A stretch of DNA of 64,000 nucleotides. Origin: Candidatus Dadabacteria bacterium (GTDB lineage Bacteria; Desulfobacterota_D; UBA1144; Nemesobacterales; CSP1-2). This document shows, in pieces, positions 56,625 through 64,000 of this stretch (positions are counted from its first letter, which is position 1; each line of letters starts with the position of its first letter). A program made the translations under genes and the position numbers. The notes under the pieces were generated by a model. That model made no database searches, was not told the origin of the DNA, and saw nothing but the letters and a program-made list of their open reading frames with translations. Location: positions 64,001 to 128,000 of the forward strand of contig CAWDVW010000007.1 in assembly GCA_963805855.1 (NCBI GenBank), read 5' to 3'.

Positions 56625-56835
56625 GTAAGTTTATTTTAGATATGGATCTTTCTTGTTACGTCTCGCTTTCATACCTTTTTCGAGTATGTTATAAATTAAG
56701 TTTTATCATGAATAATCCGTTTGAACTAATGGATTTTCAAATTTGACTTGCAAACTCGTTAGGATAGATTGTTATTTCCGGTTGCAAAATTCACTTTTGA
56801 ACGAAATAAAGGCTTGGGAAAGGAGGACATAAATA

Positions 56836-58227
56836 ATGGCTAAAGAAACGCATAGAATTGAGTCTGATACTATGGGTGACATGAAGGTGCCTGTCGACGC
56901 ATATTATGGTGCTCAAACTGCAAGGGCTATAGAGAATTTCCCAATAAGTGGAATCAGGAAGCCCAGACATTTCATACGGGCGTTGGGTCTTATAAAGCTC
57001 GCGGCAGCCGAGGCGAATATGGAGCTAAAGCTGCTAGATAAGAAGAAGGGATCTGCTATAGTCAAGGCGGCTAGAGAGGTGGCTGATGGGAAACTCGATG
57101 ACCACTTTGTTTTGGATGTTTTTCAGACTGGCTCTGGGACCTCCACGAACATGAATGCGAATGAAGTTATCGCGAATCGCACAAATGAGATATTGCGCGC
57201 AAAAAAGGGAGATAAGAGAGGTGTTCACCCAAACGATCACGTGAATATGGGGCAATCGAGTAATGATGTTTATCCCAGTGCAATGCATGTTTCTGCTCTC
57301 GAGATGATTGAGAAGGACTTAATTCCTGCCTTAAAACTGCTTCACAACTCACTTTCAAAAAAGGCAAGGGAATTCGACAAAATCTTGAAAATTGGCCGCA
57401 CCCATCTTCAGGACGCAACACCGATAAGGTTGGGACAGGAGTTCGGTGGGTATGCGAGTATGATAGACCACGGGATACGAAGATTGCGCGGCACACATGT
57501 AAGTCTGTCGGAATTGGCAATAGGTGGCACAGCGGTAGGAACTGGTATTAATACCCATCCGAGGTTCGCTAAAATAGTCGCGAGCAAAGTGAGCAAGTTA
57601 ACGGGCATTAAGTTCAGGGAAGCGGCAAATCATTTCGAGGCTCAGGGTTCTAAAGACGCGATTGTTGAAACAAGTGGAGTTCTTAAAACCTTGGCGGTGA
57701 GCCTGATGAAGATTGCTAACGATATTAGATGGCTTGGAAGCGGTCCCCGGTGTGGATTGGCCGAGATCCTTCTCCTGCCCGTTCAGCCCGGTTCTTCGAT
57801 AATGCCTGCTAAAGTAAATCCCGTCATTCCCGAAGCCGTTTGTCAGGTGGCTGCCCAGGTTATAGGCAATGATTCGACTATAACTGTCGGAGGTATGCTT
57901 GGGAATTTTGAATTGAACGTTATGATGCCGGTCCAAATCCATAACCTTCTGGAGTCTATAAGGTTGCTGTCGAATTCTTCTAGGGTTTTTGCTGACAAAT
58001 GTATATCCGGGATAAAAGCCGATAAGAAACGATGTGAAGAAATGATCGAGAAGAGCCTCGCTATGGTCACAAGTTTGGCCCCATTAATTGGATATGACAT
58101 GGCAGCCAAGATAGCGAAAGAGGCATATGATACCGGTAAAACGGTTAGAGAGATCTGTATGGAGAAGAAGGTTCTTCCAGAGGATCAATTGAAGAAGGTT
58201 CTTGACCCTTGGTCGATGACCGAATAA
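56836..58227 (+). CDS. fumC: Fumarate hydratase class II
   Basis: YYGAQT, FQTGSGTSTNMNANEV, HPNDHVNMGQSSND, GRTHLQDATP, GSSIMPAKVNP. Confidence 0.95.
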   Translation: MAKETHRIESDTMGDMKVPVDAYYGAQTARAIENFPISGIRKPRHFIRALGLIKLAAAEANMELKLLDKKKGSAIVKAAREVADGKLDDHFVLDVFQTGSGTSTNMNANEVIANRTNEILRAKKGDKRGVHPNDHVNMGQSSNDVYPSAMHVSALEMIEKDLIPALKLLHNSLSKKAREFDKILKIGRTHLQDATPIRLGQEFGGYASMIDHGIRRLRGTHVSLSELAIGGTAVGTGINTHPRFAKIVASKVSKLTGIKFREAANHFEAQGSKDAIVETSGVLKTLAVSLMKIANDIRWLGSGPRCGLAEILLLPVQPGSSIMPAKVNPVIPEAVCQVAAQVIGNDSTITVGGMLGNFELNVMMPVQIHNLLESIRLLSNSSRVFADKCISGIKADKKRCEEMIEKSLAMVTSLAPLIGYDMAAKIAKEAYDTGKTVREICMEKKVLPEDQLKKVLDPWSMTE

Positions 58228-58289
58228 AAATGGATAATGCGGTTACGTATTGCCGTATTTTCAAGCAACTAATTGACTAAGTCCAATAC

Positions 58290-58853
58290 ATGATAACTCG
58301 ATGTGAATGGGTTTGGTATGATCCTTTATTAATTGAATATCATGACAAGGAATGGGGCGTTCCTGTTCATGAAGACAGGCTTCTCTTCGAATTCTTGGTT
58401 CTCGACGCATTTCAGGCTGGCCTCAGCTGGTCAATTATTCTGAAAAAGCGTGAGAACTTCAGGCGTGCATTCCGAGACTTTGATCCATTTAAGATCGCCA
58501 AATTCGACGAATCAAAAGTTGATCGTCTACTTCAAGATTCCGGAATAATAAGAAATAAGTTAAAAATAGAATCTACGATTTCAAATGCCAACTCCTTTCT
58601 GGAAGTTCGAAAGGAATTCGGATCGCTTGATAAATATATCTGGCAGTTTGTAAACTACAGGACTATTCAAAATAGATGGAAATCCATAAAGGAATTACCG
58701 GCGAAAACTGAAAAATCGGATTTAATGAGCAAGGACTTGAAGAAGAGGGGATTTAGGTTCGTGGGTTCAACGATATGCTATGCTTTCATGCAGGCTGCTG
58801 GCATGGTCAATGATCACGTTGTCAATTGTTTTCGTTATAAAGAATTAAAGTAA
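58290..58853 (+). CDS. tag: DNA-3-methyladenine glycosylase I
   Basis: RCEW, YHDKEWG, FQAGLSW, IIRNKLKI, KRGFRFVG, MVNDH...C. Confidence 0.95.
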   Translation: MITRCEWVWYDPLLIEYHDKEWGVPVHEDRLLFEFLVLDAFQAGLSWSIILKKRENFRRAFRDFDPFKIAKFDESKVDRLLQDSGIIRNKLKIESTISNANSFLEVRKEFGSLDKYIWQFVNYRTIQNRWKSIKELPAKTEKSDLMSKDLKKRGFRFVGSTICYAFMQAAGMVNDHVVNCFRYKELK

Positions 58854-58902
58854 AAGTGCTAAATGTGTAGTGACTATATTCAAGCTTTGAAGGTCGGATA
58901 TT

Positions 58903-59274
58903 GTGGATAAGAAGTCATTCGAATATCTTGTGGAAAAAGCATACAGCGCAATTCCCGAGGAATTCAGAAAGAAAATTGAGAATGTTGTCATCTCCGTTGA
59001 GGATTACCCGACTAGGGATGACATGGAAAAACTCAAATTAAGAAAAGATAGTTTACTTTTGGGGCTCTATAGGGGTGTGCCTCTACCGAAGAGGAGCGTG
59101 TGGCAGGTGGCAAGCTTTCCTGACGAAATCGTCATATATCAGAAGGATATCGAGAGAATCTGTAGAAATGAAAAGGAGATTGAGGATAAGGTTAATGAGG
59201 TATTAATACACGAGATAGGACATTATTTCGGCCTGTCAGATAAAGAAATTTATGAACTAATGGGGCAATCTTGA
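58903..59274 (+). CDS. Minimal zincin metallopeptidase (Zincin_1/DUF1025-like)
   Basis: LLGLYRGVPL, PDEIVIY, HEIGHYFG. Confidence 0.88.
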   Translation: MDKKSFEYLVEKAYSAIPEEFRKKIENVVISVEDYPTRDDMEKLKLRKDSLLLGLYRGVPLPKRSVWQVASFPDEIVIYQKDIERICRNEKEIEDKVNEVLIHEIGHYFGLSDKEIYELMGQS

Positions 59275-59344
59275 TCCGTCTCTCACGATACACGCCCGTA
59301 TGTTTCATAAAGTGTGTATAGGCAATTAATGTAAGGAGGACCTT

Positions 59345-60517
59345 ATGGACAGTTCAGGTAAGAGAGACATATAAGGACCAGCTAAGAGATTTATTAAGCA
59401 TGCTTCAAGAGCGCTTGAGAGTGAGCTTGAAGATATCTGGGGTATCCTAAGACAAGCCACCAAGATAAGTCGACAACCTTTAATGTGAGAACGGTTACAG
59501 TACAAGACAGTGAAAGCGATAGTGAGAGGTAGAGCTAGAAGTTCTTCGAGACAGGACTCGGAGTTTGAGCCTCAGATAGTCAAGAGGCGTCAGAGTGTAC
59601 TGGATGACCTTGAGGACAAGATAGTAGCTCTGTATTGAAGGGTATGACAACAAAGAGAAACATCCAGGATATACTGGAGGGCATGTACGGAGTGGATTTA
59701 AGTCCACCGCTTATATCGAGACTTACGTATAGAATGCTGCCTCGATTAGAGGAGTGGCAGTTGAGGCCTCTTGGGCTGGTGTATGGTGGTGAGAATATAG
59801 ATGGCTTGGCTGTATTTTCTACAAGGTAAGGGAAGAGGGAAAGGTTTTAAATAAAGCGATATATCTGGTAATAGGTTTGGGGTAGACGGGAGGAAGGAGA
59901 TACTGAGTTTTTGGGTAAGTGCAAAGGAGAGCAGTGGGTTTTGGCTTGGGGTGCTGAATGACCTTAAGAGCAGAGGGGTTAGGGATGTTTTTATATTCAG
60001 TGTAGATGGTCTTAATGGGCTTGAAGAGGATATTGCTGCAACGTATCCGGCCTCAGACATACAGACGTGTGTTACACATCAGATCAGGAACACTTTGAGA
60101 TATGTGTTATGGAGGACAAGAAGGAGCTGAGCAAAGATCTGATGACAGTTTACGGTGCCTCAACCCTGGAGGGTGCGAGCTCGTCCATGGATGAGTTTGA
60201 AAAGAAGTGGGGTCGTAAGTATCCTCATATAATCAAATCCTGGCGAGAGAGGTGAGAATCTCTTGTGACCTATTTTAGATACCCTGTGGAGATAAGAAAG
60301 CTCATTTACACCACACACCTGATCGAGAGCGTAAATAGCAAGTACCAAAAGGTCACAGATGCCAAAAGGGTTTTTCCCTCTGATAGCTCGGTACTAAAAT
60401 CCCTTTTTATGGCCACCAGGGATCTTGAAAGAAAATGGACCAGGCCTATCAATACTTGGGTCTTGTTATTTATGTCTCAGCTATGTATTATATTTGAGAA
60501 AAGGGTAAATCAGGAAA
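59345..60517 (+). pseudogene. IS256-family transposase pseudogene
   Basis: SD aggagg plus ATG 59345; multiple frameshifts and stops; last codons displaced beyond the IS1595 insertion. Confidence 0.82.
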
Positions 60518-61256
60518 GGCTCTAGATAAGATTAGAGCATGTGTTTTCTTAAAATATTCAACAGAATTTTGTAAATATCTTTCTCTCTATTATTAAACCT
60601 GAACTCACACTCCTTCAAATGGAGATTAAAATCCTTTTTACTGAATCCATTAAATTTCTGCAATCTTCTTTTTGCAAAGCTCCAGAATGATTCTATCCCA
60701 TTTATATGTGATCTTCCATTGGAGAATTTGTTGTCCCTGTGATCCACTCTGAAATGTTTTGGATAACCTATATCAACCAGCCCGTTGTAACCCCTCCATT
60801 TGTCAGAATGAATTACACTCTCAACCTCCACTTTGCCCCTGATAATAGCCTGTAATGTCGCTCTCGAACAATCAGGCACTATCTCCGTATACACCTTACC
60901 GTTCCTCTCCAATATCCCGAATACGATTGTCTTACCGCATGATCCTCTACCCCTTTTGCCCTTTATCCTCCTTGCCCCAAAATACGACTCATCTACTTCT
61001 ACTTCACCGCTAAGTGGAAATTCATTATCGCATATTTCTTTTATTCTCTCCCTTAATTTCTTGTAGATTCTGTTTGTTGTGGGCCTTGATATACCTATTA
61101 ATTCCGATGTCTTCGTAGCTGTTATATCAAGGGAAAAACACCTGAGAATTTCCCTGAATTTAGACTCCGAAAAGTGTGCCCCTTTTAGATACCTGTTTTT
61201 CCCTTTATTTCTCATAACTTAGCATGTATTCTAACATGCTAAAGTTATCTAGAGCC
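60518..61256 (-). mobile_element. IS1595-family (IS1016-group-sized) insertion sequence, 739 bp
   Basis: IRs ggctctagataa / ttatctagagcc; 8-bp target duplication TCAGGAAA at 60510-60517 and 61257-61264. Confidence 0.93.
60532..61215 (-). CDS. IS1595-family DDE transposase
   Basis: GEVEVDESYFG, GKRGRG, VFGILER, IHSDKWRGY, HINGIESFW, LKECEFRFN. Confidence 0.94.
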   Translation of the reverse strand: MRNKGKNRYLKGAHFSESKFREILRCFSLDITATKTSELIGISRPTTNRIYKKLRERIKEICDNEFPLSGEVEVDESYFGARRIKGKRGRGSCGKTIVFGILERNGKVYTEIVPDCSRATLQAIIRGKVEVESVIHSDKWRGYNGLVDIGYPKHFRVDHRDNKFSNGRSHINGIESFWSFAKRRLQKFNGFSKKDFNLHLKECEFRFNNREKDIYKILLNILRKHML

Positions 61257-61315
61257 TCAGGAAATTTTGAAGATACACAGTCGTTGGAACAGTCCCTAAA
61301 TATAAATAATATAAT

Positions 61316-64000
61316 ATGATGATTGATTCCATAAAGAACGACACTTTGGGAGAATATATTATTACCGCGGTATTTATTTCATTCATTTTCCTCCCTCTTT
61401 TCTTTTTTGTCCATTTTGCTCCCTATCTACGTTACGATATTCAGGCGTTTATAATCTCTGCTAATCTGGCATTTCTTGTATTAACCATCTTCTTTGTAAA
61501 CGCTTTTCAAAAAACTAAGCAATACAATGTTCTATCCTATTACGATCTTTTACTACTTCCTTTCTTTTTCTTTATTCTCATATCATTTTCACTCGTTTCA
61601 GATCATCTCGCCTCATTTCAATCGGTACTCTGGTGGCTAGAAGCCCTAATTTTTTATTTTATGAGTCGTTATGTTTTCATCAATACTGCAACCCGTAAAC
61701 GATTTCTCCATATACTGCCCGGATGTGGAGCGTTGATGACCATTTTTTTTGCAATTAGCCTTTTTGCTAACGAAGAAATAAAAGAAAACTTTCTAGTTTT
61801 TCCAATCGCAATGAATCGCAACTATGCAGCGCAAGTTCTAATCCTTCCTTTTTTCATAAGCCTTTCATTTATGCATAAAACGTATAATCGAGGAACGCGT
61901 TTCTATGCTGCTATCAGTGCTTTTGTTATATTTTTCGGCATACTCATTAGCCGCTCTCGCTCAGTATGGCTTGGGGTCCTCTTGGCAATCGCTGTTGCTA
62001 TATTATGGTTATTCCTTGCTCATAGAGCTCAAGTAAAAACATTTCTTAACAAACAACGCATTCTCATTTCGCTTCTTATGTTGGTAGTCGTAGGGATGTC
62101 GCTCTTTGCGGCTCACACAATTATGCCAAAATACAACTTCCCAAGTCCTGTCACCACACTAAAAACCTTCCAAAAGCCCCTTGAAGGATCTTCTGGTGCA
62201 AGAATACGCCGTTGGACAAATTCACTCCCTATGATACGAGATCATTTTCTCTTCGGTGTAGGACCTGGAAACTGGGCACACACTTTCTATAAGTATCGTG
62301 GCAGTGTTACACCCGATCCGCAAGGCTACCCACATTCATTCAACAGTTATTTAGCGCTCCTTGGAGAGATGGGAGTGTTTGCCTTTCTTTTATTTGTCGT
62401 TTTTATTTCATCACTGTTCAGAAGAAATTATAATGACTCGCCCCAAGTCCTTTTTCTCAACTCTCTCTCGGAGCTTTTCTCTTTGCAGCAGCATTCCACA
62501 TGACCTTTAGTATTAAAGTACTACTAATAGCTATTTTTCTTAATATGAGCCTCCTTAGCTCTTATGAAAAAACCATACACAGTTTGTTTGTTACCAACAA
62601 GAATTTATTTGCTTCTCTGAACCTAGCACTTTGTGCTATAGTGATTGTTACTACTTTTTTTGAATTTAAATATCTTCAATCAAAGATTCATTATTATTAT
62701 ATTGCATATCATCTTTCTTATCGAGGAACAACTCCATATCTTTCCTTCAACAGAAACTCGGCCAGGACCGATTAGGAAATACATTAAAAAATATTTCCCC
62801 GCCGTCTTTTACCGAGAGCATCCTGAGACCATCGAATCACTAGCTTCTTATGGTTCTGGGCGAATGCGAAATTTATACCGAGTGATTGGAATCAAGGAAG
62901 AACTTTCAGGAAGAGGAGAAAGAGGCTCTCTAGGTTGGTATAAGAAAGCTGAGAAGAAAAGTCGATATAGGGCCGACATAATTCCCGCCGCGTGTCAATT
63001 AGAGAAGAAACTGGGCCTAATTAGTGATGCACAATCTACATGTGAAAGAGGCTGTAAGATATTGCCTAATAACGAATTGCTGCATTTGCAACTGGCACGA
63101 ATCTATCGCGAACGTGATCAAAATCAAAAAGCGATCGCATTTTATAAAAAAGCAATTTCACTTTATGAAAAGCAGCTCGAAGCAGATTGGTTCGGTAAAT
63201 CCGGAGTTAGGAAGAGTCATAGACTGTATGCTAATCTTGCAATGGCAAAAAGGGAGCTATCACAGCTTCTCGAACAACCGACTCTGAAACCGTTTTCTGG
63301 GATACAACAAAAAATTCTTCAAGTGCCACTGATAAACAAGGACATCGCCATACGAAACAACGAAGTATTTTTCTCTAGCAACAAAAGCGGGCGTTATGAA
63401 CTGTGGGTCTGGAAAGAAGACAATTCGCTCCAGCAACTCACTGACGATAAGTATGTCTATTTTCACTTGCGACCTCACTATACCCTGCCACGAATGTATT
63501 TCGTCTCTGACGACTCTGGGAATGCAAAATACAATATGTATTATCGAGATCTTAACACTAATGAGGTAGTACGTCTCACTGACGCCTCAGATAATGAGAG
63601 TTTTGAACCTTATGAATTATCTCCCGATGGAAAAAATATTATCTATGTAAAAGAATCCAGGCAGGATGGACATGAAATCTATCAGATGACTCATAATGGA
63701 AGAAACATGCGTAAACTTACATCTGATCGAAAGCGAAAACAATATCTATCATGGCATCCATTGTCTGAACAATTTGTGTATGTCACGGGAGAGCATTTGC
63801 TTAATCTCTTTGACGTTAATTCTTCGGTTAATCGTACTATTATCAAAGAACATTTGAAAGAAATTAAATGGCCTTCATTTAGTCCGGATGGGACAAAAAT
63901 TATCTTTGCGCGTCTCGATCGCCATGGATATGGTAACATTGAAGTTTTTGATCTCAACACAAAAAAAAGTAAGGTAGTAACTATGAAGTCTGGGAGATAT
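61316..64000 (+). pseudogene. O-antigen-ligase-like membrane protein fused to TPR-like helices and TolB-like (PD40) beta-propeller; two frameshifts; 3' end outside window
   Basis: NRNYAA, SRSRSVWLG, RIRRW...FGVGPGNW, HSFNSYL..LGEMG; shifts near 62460 and ~62700-62760; then open frame to the window end with LQLARIY, LSPDGKNIIY, PSFSPDGTKIIF. Confidence 0.7.

Larger units (their letters stand above)
59296..61296 (+). mobile_element. Degenerate IS256-family element interrupted by IS1595
   Basis: Fragments ..GMTTKRNIQDILEGMYG.., GRKEILSFW, WLGVLNDLKSRGV, VDGL, IYTTHLIES with many stops/shifts; right IR atacacagtcgttggaacagtccc (61273-61296), degenerate left IR ending tgtgtat (59319). Confidence 0.8.

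Noticed and set aside
58902-58910. Perfect DnaA box TGTGGATAA
   Set aside because: Isolated, and explained by the start codons (GTG GAT AAG) of the zincin gene

Overview
A 64-kb bacterial chromosomal segment from a diderm organism (lolA, TonB, RND pump, beta-barrel protein). The gene complement suggests a Desulfobacterota/Dadabacteria-like lineage, but this is inference only. Most of it is housekeeping: purM, purS/purQ, surE, tRNA-Pro, rnhB, dapA, asd, uvrA, glyA, nrdR, pdxA, cobB, nuoABCD with a separate nuoN, ftsK, lolA, parAB, trxA, fumC and tag. Notable accessory parts are: (1) an island at ~13.6-21 kb with a frameshifted two-component system, an HUH/Y1 transposase-DnaA-HTH element bounded by 32-bp terminal inverted repeats (with a 149-bp MITE derivative at 11.8 kb), a 673-aa secreted protein built from tandem disintegrin-like Cys repeats, and a DsbA-family lipoprotein; (2) a tightly coupled tusA-cysM-JAB-moeB sulfur-relay operon with no ubiquitin-like carrier gene; (3) dense, mutually nested intergenic repeats, including REP-like palindromes, a TGT...ACA MITE inserted into a REP with a 5-bp duplication, and heptamer arrays; (4) an intact IS1595 inserted into a decayed IS256, followed by a frameshifted O-antigen-ligase/TPR/TolB-propeller fusion that runs off the window. 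All calls are made by eye from motifs; no database searches were run.
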